Virus record (IMG/VR): IMGVR_UViG_3300048611_000087
Span: 1-27,152 of that record
Length of the DNA: 27,152 nt
Direction: 5' to 3' (one strand)
Source: a virus
Lineage: Duplodnaviria > Caudoviricetes
The translations under genes were made by a program, and so were the position numbers. Under the pieces are notes generated by a model. That model was not told where the DNA came from. It did not search any database and saw only the letters and a program-made list of their open reading frames with translations. How positions within the stretch are numbered: position 1 is the stretch's first letter; every line of letters starts with the position of its first letter. Of this stretch, positions 7,996-17,068 are shown one piece after another.

Positions 7996-10772
7996 CGCAA
8001 AGTCTCCGCTATTACTTGACGCGCAATCTGCATAATCATATTTCGCATTTGAGGAGAACTGGCAACATCTGGACCAACAGGCATATTGATAGATGGGGAA
8101 CGATTGTCATTAAAGATATTCTGTTGACCGTCTCCCCCAAACGGTACAGGCTGTCGAAAGAACGTATTTGGAATTACAAAACCAGGCCCTTGGGGGATAA
8201 CAACCTCTGGCCCCCGCTCTCCTACAACAGTAGGGCGGTTGGGTATCAATGGCCCTCCCTCCTGTCGATGTATCAAAGGTAGACGTACCCCACTTTGATT
8301 CTCTGACCCTCCTCCTTGACGGTGCGCCAAAGGTAGATGTACGCCACTTTCAGCCGCGGGGCCTACCAAACCAGTACCCAGTTTTCTTCCTCCGAATACT
8401 GACTTACCAAACCCTGCTTCAAATGCCCGTCTATTTTCTGCGATAATCTCATCCGCCGTCAATCGAGCTAGATTGATTTTGGCTTCCGCCGCTGTCTGCA
8501 AGATGGCAAATTCAGCGGCTAAGGATGCCTCCAAATCTGCCCGCTTTTGGGATTCCTTAATTCGGAACTCTTCCAACTCTATATCAAATTGTCGTTTCCT
8601 GTCCGCCGATGCTTGAGCCTCTGCAATGTCCTGATCTTCTTTCTTACGAACATCTGCTATTTGTTGGGCTTCAAGTTCTCTTTCAAGGCGCTTGTCCAAC
8701 TCATCTAATTTCTCTTGGTTGGATTCCTTCAAATCCTCTAATTGTTTTTTATAGGATTCCTTAAGCTCCTCTTTACTCTCTTTAGCCTGAATACCCGCCT
8801 CTTCAATCGTTTGATCGCGCTGGTCTTTAGCCTCATTGACTTGCTGGTCTTTCCTACGGACAGCGGCCAAAAATGCCTGAACATCATTATTCCTCTCCGC
8901 TTCTTCCGCTGATTGGTAAAATTGCTCCCTAATTCTGAGTAAGGCACGAACAAGGTCTCTCTCTGCTTCCGCAATTTTCTTAGTTCTGTCCCTGGAAATA
9001 TCAACCTGTTTATCTTTGTTTTTCTCAGCTACTTTCTGTTCTTCTTTCCCCAAGTCCTCTTGGGCATCCTCCAACCGTTGAGCCGCCCCACGTTCTATAT
9101 CTTCAATCTTCCTTCTGTTTGCAAGGGCTATCTTTTCCCGGTCACGGGCATTATCAATTTGATCTTCTATCAGTTGATTTTGTAGCTTTCGATTGATTGA
9201 GAGTAATTCACGGCTAAGGTCTTTGGCAAACTCTTTCCTCTTGTCGGCAATCTTCTCCTCTGCTTCCGCTGCCTTAGCTTCCGCATCTGCCAACTCATCT
9301 TGAGCTTTCCCAAGAGCGATAATAGCTTGTGCCGCTTCTTCATCGGCTGCGGTTGCTTCTTCTTCCTTTATTCTCCTATCTTCTATCTTTTGGGTGTTTT
9401 CATCTAACTTTTCATTGTAGGCGTCAATCGCTGGAATGGCATCCAAAATAACTTGATTATAGGCTTCTTGACCTGCTACATCGACTTGGGCTTTTTCCTC
9501 ATCACTTAAGAATGGTACAGATAATTCACCTGATAAAGGAATACCGGATATTTCTTCAGCTTTCTCTATTCTGGCTGTCACTCTAGCGTTTTCCGCCTTT
9601 CCTATTGCTACTATTTTTGCGCCGGTCAATAAAGCCTCTTGAAGTAATTCTAACCATTCATTCGTTTGAGATATTAAATTGTTAAGGGAATCCGGCTCAA
9701 ACAAAATATCTGCGATTAACTTAACAGTCTCTAATACACCCACCATATTGTCGGCTAGTGCTTCCACGCCTTCATAATCCAGATTAGTGAGAATGTTCTG
9801 AATTCCACTTCCCACAATCTCAATAGCCCTGGCCGCCAAATCCCCAAAAGCCTTAACAACAATTTCTATATCACCTTTATTGTCTGAAATAACCTTAAGC
9901 AAACTTGAGATTTGTTCATTTAACTCAGCGGCGGGGGCTGCTCCCAAGAGAGTTTGAATATCGGTAAGCTCTGCCTGTAATCTGTTACCCAAAACCTCCA
10001 ATGAGCCTGAAGTAGCCTCAACAGATAAACCAGTTTCCTCTATCCTCTCTCTTAAAGCCCTGGCAATAGCTTCGTTTTTACTCATCGTTTTGGAGTATTC
10101 TTCCGCACTCCGTACCGCAGACCCCAAATTCAAACGACGCGCTAAAGATTTCAAATTATCTCCCGAGAACGCCTCCTCTGCGGCTATACGGATACTCTGG
10201 AAATTCGCCCCTGCATCTCTACCTAAAATAATCAGGTTTTGGAGTATTTCTGTGGTTAAATTGACATCACCTATATCGGGCAGTAGGCCTTTAGCCAATT
10301 GGCGAAATTCCTGACGGTTAGAACCAATCCTAGCAGCAGTTTGATCAACAAGAGCTAAAAATCCCTTAGCGGCTTTCTCATTACCTTGAAAGATTTCAGT
10401 AAGGGAAATTTCAACTAATTCAGCCTTCTTCTGTAATTCAATTCCGCCTGCTACCGCATCCGCAAAAGATTTGACCGCTTGAATTCCAATCCGAATTAGT
10501 GATTCAACCACGCGGTCGGCTGATTGTTTCAAACGGTCTAAATTGACAGTTGAGCCGGCGATTTTCTTGTCTAACCCTTCAAATGATTGTTTGCCTTTCT
10601 TCCCTGTCTCATCAAGCCCCCGCGCCAATTTATCAACACGATCAGCCATTTTATCGAAGGCTTTTGATGCCTGGGCCGCCGACGATACACTTCCCTCAAC
10701 TATCCTTCTATATGCTTCAAATACCGCAGTATCATCTAATGTGGCATCATATACAACATCTTCACCGGCCAT
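7992..10772 (-). CDS. Tail tape measure protein
   Basis: 926 aa, helical, Ala/Glu/Lys-rich coiled coil, with C-terminal 'RQEGGPL..RPTVVGERGPEVVIP' motif typical of tape measure proteins. Confidence 0.88.
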   Translation of the reverse strand: MAGEDVVYDATLDDTAVFEAYRRIVEGSVSSAAQASKAFDKMADRVDKLARGLDETGKKGKQSFEGLDKKIAGSTVNLDRLKQSADRVVESLIRIGIQAVKSFADAVAGGIELQKKAELVEISLTEIFQGNEKAAKGFLALVDQTAARIGSNRQEFRQLAKGLLPDIGDVNLTTEILQNLIILGRDAGANFQSIRIAAEEAFSGDNLKSLARRLNLGSAVRSAEEYSKTMSKNEAIARALRERIEETGLSVEATSGSLEVLGNRLQAELTDIQTLLGAAPAAELNEQISSLLKVISDNKGDIEIVVKAFGDLAARAIEIVGSGIQNILTNLDYEGVEALADNMVGVLETVKLIADILFEPDSLNNLISQTNEWLELLQEALLTGAKIVAIGKAENARVTARIEKAEEISGIPLSGELSVPFLSDEEKAQVDVAGQEAYNQVILDAIPAIDAYNEKLDENTQKIEDRRIKEEEATAADEEAAQAIIALGKAQDELADAEAKAAEAEEKIADKRKEFAKDLSRELLSINRKLQNQLIEDQIDNARDREKIALANRRKIEDIERGAAQRLEDAQEDLGKEEQKVAEKNKDKQVDISRDRTKKIAEAERDLVRALLRIREQFYQSAEEAERNNDVQAFLAAVRRKDQQVNEAKDQRDQTIEEAGIQAKESKEELKESYKKQLEDLKESNQEKLDELDKRLERELEAQQIADVRKKEDQDIAEAQASADRKRQFDIELEEFRIKESQKRADLEASLAAEFAILQTAAEAKINLARLTADEIIAENRRAFEAGFGKSVFGGRKLGTGLVGPAAESGVHLPLAHRQGGGSENQSGVRLPLIHRQEGGPLIPNRPTVVGERGPEVVIPQGPGFVIPNTFFRQPVPFGGDGQQNIFNDNRSPSINMPVGPDVASSPQMRNMIMQIARQVIAETLR
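8253..8350 (-). repeat. 54-nt-period imperfect tandem duplication in the tape measure C-terminus
   Basis: Encodes SGVHLPLAHRQGGG and SGVRLPLIHRQEGG. Confidence 0.75.
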
Positions 10773-11152
10773 TAATTTAACCTATCCAAGGATTCAGTTA
10801 ACTCGTTTAAGATATCAGAGTATCTTTCCAACTGGTTTAACCCTTCCCTCTTCTTTTTTATAGTATCGGCGGATGTGACCATTTCCCCTATTTTAGTTAT
10901 GACAATATCTATAGCTGATTTGAGGTAGATAGTCTTAAGAACCTGTTGCGCTGGGAACAATTCCTTGCCTAATAGTAATTGAGAGTATAAGGATATGACA
11001 GAGGAGAATATGGTCTGGTCAAAGTTATCAAATCTGATAGCCCTATTCTTTACTTGATGATATTGAGTGATGGCATTAGCCAAGATTAGAGTGTTAGGCG
11101 GACGATTTTTTAGCTGCTTTATCTGCTTTTTCTCTTGCTTTTCGTAATCCAC
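10772..11152 (-). CDS. Hypothetical helical protein preceding the tape measure
   Basis: GTG start with GGAGG upstream. Its TAA overlaps the tape measure ATG. Confidence 0.6.
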   Translation of the reverse strand: MDYEKQEKKQIKQLKNRPPNTLILANAITQYHQVKNRAIRFDNFDQTIFSSVISLYSQLLLGKELFPAQQVLKTIYLKSAIDIVITKIGEMVTSADTIKKKREGLNQLERYSDILNELTESLDRLN

Positions 11153-11687
11153 GCCGTCCTCCGTTGTATACAGCCTGACGGTATTCCTGGTTTAACTCTG
11201 GATTGATTATTTCTGAAAATCTACGAGGTGGAAACCCAGGATGATTTACTTCCCTTGCAGCAGTCAACTTTCCAGGAGCAATACCAGGACCTCCGTAACG
11301 GGCAGGGGAATGCCCAGTTTTTGATTGATATGACCCTTTCACACCGTCCCAGACAAAGAACAATAACTCCCCAGACGTTTTAGGGGTAATAGGATGCGAT
11401 TTTGTGCCTGTCTTGTTAATCCACATCCATATAGGCTTATCGGGGTCTGCTTCCTTAACTCTTATTCTAAATAATACTCCTCTCTTTTCTCCAATTTGAA
11501 CTACTGTTGAGAATGTGGGGCGGGTAGTTTCCGACCAATTTCCTACTATACTCTCATACGCGGTCTTACCTTTTTCTGCTACCTTTTTAACATCCTTCCT
11601 AACTTCATTCCTAAACTCTTTAACTGTCAGATGAAGGGGAGGTGGTTTCCGCGTCAGGATTATTGATGTCCTTTTTAGTACGGGCAT
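11094..11687 (-). CDS. HK97 gp10-like neck/tail completion protein
   Basis: Basic protein with 'GTKSHPITPK' and 'VNHPGFPPRRF' motifs. Start moved to MPVLKR (ATG 11687, AAGGA upstream). Confidence 0.65.
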   Translation of the reverse strand: MPVLKRTSIILTRKPPPLHLTVKEFRNEVRKDVKKVAEKGKTAYESIVGNWSETTRPTFSTVVQIGEKRGVLFRIRVKEADPDKPIWMWINKTGTKSHPITPKTSGELLFFVWDGVKGSYQSKTGHSPARYGGPGIAPGKLTAAREVNHPGFPPRRFSEIINPELNQEYRQAVYNGGRRGLRKAREKADKAAKKSSA

Positions 11688-12375
11688 GGTTTTCCTTTTT
11701 AAGTTTAGACAAATCAATCTGGCCGATCATATCTGGTATACGTTCAGCCATAATGAATGTTGCCCTTTCCATAATTCCCAAAGCAGAATATTCTTCATCA
11801 GTTAAGTGGAGGGCTTGCTTGAGTTTAACTTCCCAAGACCGGATACTCAGATATGACCCTAACCCTCCCTCCACCTCATTCTCAAATGCATTAAACAATG
11901 GCAACCCATCGTAGGATGCCATGAACACCCTATCCGAAACAGTTTTCAAATCTTCAAACTCAACCTCTGGACACAGAGCAACAGCATAAACTTTATTCCA
12001 ATCATCCTCAGTTTCGATTAAGCCCCATTGCTCTTCTGGTACACAGTTTTTGAGGATATATACTGCCACACTCTCAAAGTAATTTGCCAATACCTCAATT
12101 ACTTGTTTATAGTAGAGGATGCCTTGCTTATACCTGTAATACTCTCTCCAATCGTACCACTCCCTCATTGATTCGTCACAATCCTCAAAAGGAATGGCAG
12201 GCTCCTCGCGGGGAATTGACAGGTTAAAAACCTGCTGAAACTCGCCCCCATAAGCCCTGATTGTAACAGTATACGGCTCAGGTCTAGGGCGTGGTACTTC
12301 CATATCCAATTCAAATAACCTGAGCCGCCTAACCGTTATTGTGTTACCTGCATCCGTTAAAATATCGTTATACAC
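11620..12375 (-). CDS. Probable tail assembly chaperone
   Basis: Acidic, helical 251 aa directly after the tail tube gene. Call is by synteny only. Confidence 0.45.
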   Translation of the reverse strand: MYNDILTDAGNTITVRRLRLFELDMEVPRPRPEPYTVTIRAYGGEFQQVFNLSIPREEPAIPFEDCDESMREWYDWREYYRYKQGILYYKQVIEVLANYFESVAVYILKNCVPEEQWGLIETEDDWNKVYAVALCPEVEFEDLKTVSDRVFMASYDGLPLFNAFENEVEGGLGSYLSIRSWEVKLKQALHLTDEEYSALGIMERATFIMAERIPDMIGQIDLSKLKKENHARTKKDINNPDAETTSPSSDS

Positions 12376-13912
12376 CGGCCTCAGGAGATAGCTTGTGAAT
12401 AGTACCTAACGGGGCTGCTGATGCGTTGCCTACGATGAAAGCCTTGTTAAGGTCTACAGGACTCCAATAAACTGCATTGTAGCCCGTGTTAGTCAACACT
12501 GTCAGACCCTCTACAAACGAAGCACCGTCTAGCGTAATATGAATTTGCCCCAAGGTAGCCGCTTGACTGGTCATCACATGCAATATTTGAGGGTCACCGC
12601 CTAATGCTCTACTGCCTCCCTTAACGTCAACAGATAAGACGTTGTTATTTGTACCAAAATCCTTCTCTGATACCCAGTGATTTACAGAGGTTGGAAATGG
12701 AGTAGTAGAACGGTAGAGAACAGTATCACCACCTACCCATAAAGTGCTATCATTGGCGATAGAAATAGTCCGCAAGTCGGGATCACCTGTAGGCCCAACC
12801 AATTCCTCAAATGTTCCACTAAACCCTTTTTCTACTGCTATCGCGCCCCCATCTCCCACAGCATACACGTTCCCATTTCGGGGATTGACAGCGAAAGCAT
12901 TGATAGGGTTACCGCCCGATTCGGTAAAGATTAGACTATTCGATTCACCTTGATCAGTGGATAGGGCAACCTTCCCTGCCCCAAACCCTATATAGATACG
13001 GGAAAATAAAATCTTCTTGATGGCTGTAATGACATCGCCATTTGTTGACCCTGCTTCAACCGCTGTCCATACAGTAGTTTCCTCTATTCCTTTGGTAGGA
13101 CTGGCATAGTAGTATTCCGCAGGATTTCCAGCATCCGTTACAGTACGTCCTACTATAAGCCGCCATTGGGTAGGATTGAGAGAAAACACTTGAGGGAAAG
13201 CTATATGCTCATCTGCGGCGGCAGGGTCAGCACTTGTAGTAGCAATAGTTCCACCCCCATCCTTTGTGTAAAGGACGTTGGCCGTACCTGCCCCCACTGC
13301 CTCACAAGTGAAATACCCAATCTGGTCAGGGCCAGCATATGCTTCCGGGCAACCTTTACAGCCCTTCAATTTGTTTATGAAGTCAACCCCAGTGATCGCA
13401 TTTATTTCTGAGGTTGTTAAAGCCGACACCGATTGCCGCACTATCATAAATTCGTAGATAGGCTGTTGTGGGGTTGTCGTTTGTACATTACCATCTGAGA
13501 AAGGAATAGCGTTCGGGGCGCTTACCGTTTGATCGCCCGTGATGGTATCACCAAAGTGATAAACCTTCTTCCACCCAGCAGGATGATCTACACTCTCACA
13601 TTCATGCACCCGTACCTGGATAGCGTAACAATCGCCCTGTTCCATATTCTTTTCCATCAAATCACGTACTGCCCCTAAATAACTTTCCACATTAAAAGCC
13701 GGTTGGCCTGGGGCGGCACGGGTAGCATTGAGGGCTACCGGATTACCGAATACATCGGCCCGAAAGTTAAGCGTGCGAGCGCCTGGGCCTGGTCTGGTAA
13801 TGTCTCCTATACCTGTCTGTCCCTCTTCATACACAACCATAGGGGAAAAAGGCCCATCTGGTTGCACGTAAATAGCAACCTGCGTCTGAGTTACGACTTC
13901 TTTGATTGTCAT
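12368..13912 (-). CDS. Major tail tube protein with C-terminal BNR/beta-propeller extension
   Basis: Position after the terminator-like gene. N-terminal ~165 aa beta-rich region, then Asp-box-like repeats (YTKDGGGT, LSTDQGES, ITLDGAS). Confidence 0.6.
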   Translation of the reverse strand: MTIKEVVTQTQVAIYVQPDGPFSPMVVYEEGQTGIGDITRPGPGARTLNFRADVFGNPVALNATRAAPGQPAFNVESYLGAVRDLMEKNMEQGDCYAIQVRVHECESVDHPAGWKKVYHFGDTITGDQTVSAPNAIPFSDGNVQTTTPQQPIYEFMIVRQSVSALTTSEINAITGVDFINKLKGCKGCPEAYAGPDQIGYFTCEAVGAGTANVLYTKDGGGTIATTSADPAAADEHIAFPQVFSLNPTQWRLIVGRTVTDAGNPAEYYYASPTKGIEETTVWTAVEAGSTNGDVITAIKKILFSRIYIGFGAGKVALSTDQGESNSLIFTESGGNPINAFAVNPRNGNVYAVGDGGAIAVEKGFSGTFEELVGPTGDPDLRTISIANDSTLWVGGDTVLYRSTTPFPTSVNHWVSEKDFGTNNNVLSVDVKGGSRALGGDPQILHVMTSQAATLGQIHITLDGASFVEGLTVLTNTGYNAVYWSPVDLNKAFIVGNASAAPLGTIHKLSPEAGV

Positions 13913-14169
13913 TATTCTTCCTCCCCTTTGACAGGAGTAGATTTAGGTTTGGGGGCAGTTTGCATCATTGCCAGGACAGTAGTACCTCTGGCCTTGAGTT
14001 TGCCCTCAATGTGGGTAGGAACTGTTTTGATTGTTGGTAATTTCTTGAGGACATCAACTAATTCTTTGTCATCAAGTTTATTCAAATTGGCCCAAATTAA
14101 ATTAGCATTATGCACTGCTTTACCGACTGCCCTTGGGCCTGCTTTAGTCATTATTTCTGTTATTGCCAT
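13912..14169 (-). CDS. Hypothetical basic protein, 85 aa
   Basis: GGAG RBS; TAATG-coupled to the tail tube gene. Confidence 0.7.
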   Translation of the reverse strand: MAITEIMTKAGPRAVGKAVHNANLIWANLNKLDDKELVDVLKKLPTIKTVPTHIEGKLKARGTTVLAMMQTAPKPKSTPVKGEEE

Positions 14170-14185
14170 TGCTAAAACTCCATAT

Positions 14186-14668
14186 TTAACATTGATAAGG
14201 CCACTGACCGGAAACCCTAAATCTCATTTCAAAACCGTGATACCATAACTCTGACCCTATAGGATGTTCAATAGAAGGGCCAGTTAAAGTAAAAGTGGGA
14301 TCGCCGCCTTGAATGGTTATTCGGGCAGGTTCTTTTTGCAGAATATACATACCTACCATTCCGTATGTATCTTTATCTGTGAAGGTATTGATAAATTGGT
14401 CTTGCAGCCTTGCAACCTCATTTACAATAAATCCGAATTCCTCTGCCTCAATTGGGGCGTATAAAACCCTTGTCACTACTTGCCCCACCGCCAATCCTAT
14501 CCCTCCTGGACGTGCGCTTACTTCATATCTTTCAAAGTAAGTTAGAGCGATAGGGATTTGAAAGCGGTTAGTAGATGCGGGATAATCCTCAAGCTGAGGA
14601 GCGTATTGAATCTCCCACGCTTGAGCAGCAATTCCTTGCACCAAATTGACTGTCCTATGGACTATCAT
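14186..14668 (-). CDS. Probable tail terminator / head-tail joining protein
   Basis: 160 aa alpha/beta protein ending 'WYHGFEMRFRV'; call supported by synteny. Confidence 0.55.
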   Translation of the reverse strand: MIVHRTVNLVQGIAAQAWEIQYAPQLEDYPASTNRFQIPIALTYFERYEVSARPGGIGLAVGQVVTRVLYAPIEAEEFGFIVNEVARLQDQFINTFTDKDTYGMVGMYILQKEPARITIQGGDPTFTLTGPSIEHPIGSELWYHGFEMRFRVSGQWPYQC

Positions 14669-15681
14669 CCGCCTACCCCTAATTGAACTCGCTTATACTT
14701 CTTGACAAAATCCTTAAGAGCGTCAGGCACAGTAGAGGGGAGCATCACCATTCCACTGGCAGAGGCTATAACTGTTCGATCATCTCGCTTACCTATGGCA
14801 CTCCGCCGACGGTAGGTATAAGCCCCTAACTCATAAATAGCACCTACAACGTCATCCATTGGGCGGTAAGCATATATAGTCATCTCATCGGTTAAAGCGA
14901 TAGCAGTTGTACCATTGACCTCACGGATAATATGTATATCAATGTCAGTCACATCATTAACTATTACTTGAGTGATATACGCCAGTTCTTCCGTCCCGTC
15001 TACAGTTGCCGTGAATTTAATCAAAATCTGTTCCTGAAAGCCCGGACTAAACAACTGCCCCACCAGATTATTAGCGTTCAAATAGGTAACCTTTATGCTT
15101 GTTACACTACTTGAAAAAGCCCCATTGACAGTACCTATTTGTTCCCAGGCTTGGTTAGTCCAATACTTGTGATACCCCCAATAACCGGTTATGCTATTGG
15201 CCTCTTGAGGTGTGCCACTGTAACCCCAATTATAGATTGAGGTTGATTTAATCTCTAGAGTATCGTAAGGGATAATGTTTCTGCTCACTCCCCTACGCAA
15301 CAAAATATCAGCGTTAGGAATGGTAGTATCTCCGTTGTCAGTGATGGCTGTCCCTAGCGTAAGCAAATCATCACGGAGGTTTAACTCAAGCCCTCTCCCA
15401 GGGCGGCGGTGAGATATGCGAGTAGGGTATATAGTTCGATCACCCCATCCGCCCCTACCCACCGTCTCCTCTTGAATGGTACTATAGTCGTAAACTTTTG
15501 TATCCCAATAAGGGACAAAGGTACGATTACACCAGGAATCAATCCTGCGGGATGCCAATACACAGAACCGGCTGATTATCTGGTCATCCTTGGGCATATA
15601 GTTGGTTGATTGTTGCTCTGCCATATATGACTTTAATTCATCCTTTGTCACATAAGGCCCATATAAATCAATGCCCGGCAT
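14665..15681 (-). CDS. Head-tail connector (HK97 gp6/SPP1 gp15-like) with large internal insertion
   Basis: N-terminal 'YVTKDELKSYM..DD..I...ASRRIDSWCNRTF' and C-terminal 'PMDDVVGAIYELGAYTYRRR...PDALKDFVKKYKR'. Confidence 0.8.
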   Translation of the reverse strand: MPGIDLYGPYVTKDELKSYMAEQQSTNYMPKDDQIISRFCVLASRRIDSWCNRTFVPYWDTKVYDYSTIQEETVGRGGWGDRTIYPTRISHRRPGRGLELNLRDDLLTLGTAITDNGDTTIPNADILLRRGVSRNIIPYDTLEIKSTSIYNWGYSGTPQEANSITGYWGYHKYWTNQAWEQIGTVNGAFSSSVTSIKVTYLNANNLVGQLFSPGFQEQILIKFTATVDGTEELAYITQVIVNDVTDIDIHIIREVNGTTAIALTDEMTIYAYRPMDDVVGAIYELGAYTYRRRSAIGKRDDRTVIASASGMVMLPSTVPDALKDFVKKYKRVQLGVGG

Positions 15682-15684
15682 TAA

Positions 15685-16050
15685 CTATTCCTTCTCTTTT
15701 TCCAGGGCTTTTTGATGGTTGCGAACATCCATAATAGTTACCTTGCCGCCCTCACCCGTACCCTTAACATCTGACAGATTTAACTCAAGCGATTCTGCCA
15801 GTTTTACAGCGTTAGCGGAAGCAAGTGTATCTTCACCCATATCTTCCTCAAAAACCTTTGTATCCTCGATTACAGGTACTTCTACGTCCGTATATTCAGC
15901 CAGATTAGCTTCAACCAAAAAACCAGCATAGGCGGCATCATATGACCGTTCATCCCCAACCTCTAGATTTTCAAATCCAACCAGAGGTTGAGTTCCGTCA
16001 AGGGTAATCGTTCGGTAAGGCCCTTCTTTCAGTATTTTAACAATGGGCAT
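15685..16050 (-). CDS. Small protein with C-terminal E3-binding (PSBD) domain
   Basis: 'ASANAVKLAESLELNLSDVKGTGEGGKVTIMDVR'. Start moved to ATG 16050 (TAAGGAG RBS). Confidence 0.8.
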   Translation of the reverse strand: MPIVKILKEGPYRTITLDGTQPLVGFENLEVGDERSYDAAYAGFLVEANLAEYTDVEVPVIEDTKVFEEDMGEDTLASANAVKLAESLELNLSDVKGTGEGGKVTIMDVRNHQKALEKEKE

Positions 16051-16075
16051 TTTAAGCTCCTTATTTAGTTTTATA

Positions 16076-16184
16076 GGAGAGAGTAAGCCACCCGATTTCA
16101 CTCAATCGACTTACTCCCTCCCATCCTTAACATTAAGGAAGTTTTCTACACCCCAAGCGCCGCAAAGGATGCAGCTTCCTTAAT
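16076..16184 (-). other. Two tandem intergenic stem-loops (attenuator/processing element candidate)
   Basis: 16076-16121 forms a 14-bp stem with 2 G-U pairs on the minus-strand RNA. 16132-16184 has ATTAAGGAAG...CTTCCTTAAT plus an inner stem. No U-tract. Confidence 0.6.
16124..16139. promoter_or_regulatory. Palindrome copy TCCTTAACATTAAGGA
   Basis: 7-bp arms with a 2-bp spacer; intergenic, downstream of the capsid decoration gene. Confidence 0.62.
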
Positions 16185-16194
16185 CCTCAGGCAA

Positions 16195-16635
16195 TTAAAC
16201 ACCTTCCAACGGGTCAATGTTGTAAACAAAGTTGGCAAGTTGAACTACAGGTTGATGACGTGCTCCCCATCCAAGGAATGTGATACAAGCGTAATCGTTA
16301 CCACCTGCTGACCCATCAACATCCAAAGTAACCCAGGGAGTTAACACCCCAAGTTCTGAAGCCCTCGCCCCGATGAACAACCATTTATCATCGTCCGTAG
16401 TAAGGATAGCTTGGTCTTTACCCGTGACATCAGCGGGCGTACCGTCATCAGCATCCGCAGCTTGAAGCGTGAAAGTGATTGCGGAATCCAGAGTTCCCAA
16501 TTCAATTAGGAAACCCAGATAATCAAACTTCCCTGCCTCAATAAAGCTACCACTGGCAGGAAACTTGCCATCCGCCAATGCCGTGTTAAAGTTATTCACT
16601 TTCTGAACATACATCTCATCGTGTAAATTTCGCAT
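16195..16635 (-). CDS. Probable capsid decoration/cement protein
   Basis: 146-aa beta-sandwich-like sequence ('FLIELG..ITFTLQAADADDGT') two genes after the major capsid gene. GGAG RBS. Confidence 0.6.
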   Translation of the reverse strand: MRNLHDEMYVQKVNNFNTALADGKFPASGSFIEAGKFDYLGFLIELGTLDSAITFTLQAADADDGTPADVTGKDQAILTTDDDKWLFIGARASELGVLTPWVTLDVDGSAGGNDYACITFLGWGARHQPVVQLANFVYNIDPLEGV

Positions 16636-16650
16636 AGTTTTAATTCTCCA

Positions 16651-17049
16651 TTACATAGTGCGAATGGCAGACTGAGAGGCAGTATCAATTCCTTCTTGAA
16701 ACGTGTGAGTGACATCGGATACGGTAACTTTCCCAAGCCGCCCAGTTCCTTTTATAGAGTCTTTCTCAGGGTCAAACCCAACTTGTTTAGCCATCAGGAT
16801 GGCCGCCATTGACCAGTTAAGCCCATCAGGCACTTTTGGTTTCTGTTGACCTTTTCTAATGACTAAGCAGTTCTCTAATAGAACCTTGGCATTTCTTGGG
16901 GTAGTGATATATGCTTCTCCCTCATCAACCCACCTGCGGTTGACAATGGGAGGTTTGGAATAATCCTGATACCAATTCGATTCCAATACCACTAATTCCT
17001 CTGTCTCACTGTCATACACGTACTCTTTACTGATATTCTCATCTGCCAT
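16651..17049 (-). CDS. Small protein with C-terminal E3-binding (PSBD)-like domain
   Basis: 'SMAAILMAKQVGFDPEKDSIKGTGRLGKVTVSDV'. TAAGGAG RBS. Confidence 0.72.
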   Translation of the reverse strand: MADENISKEYVYDSETEELVVLESNWYQDYSKPPIVNRRWVDEGEAYITTPRNAKVLLENCLVIRKGQQKPKVPDGLNWSMAAILMAKQVGFDPEKDSIKGTGRLGKVTVSDVTHTFQEGIDTASQSAIRTM

Positions 17050-17068
17050 TTGTTGTATCTCCTTATAA

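Noticed and set aside
11660-11710. Programmed -1 frameshift at the end of the chaperone-like gene (TAAAAAGG runs)
   Set aside because: Only five A's, so not a canonical X XXY YYZ heptamer; the overlapping gene has its own RBS and ATG.
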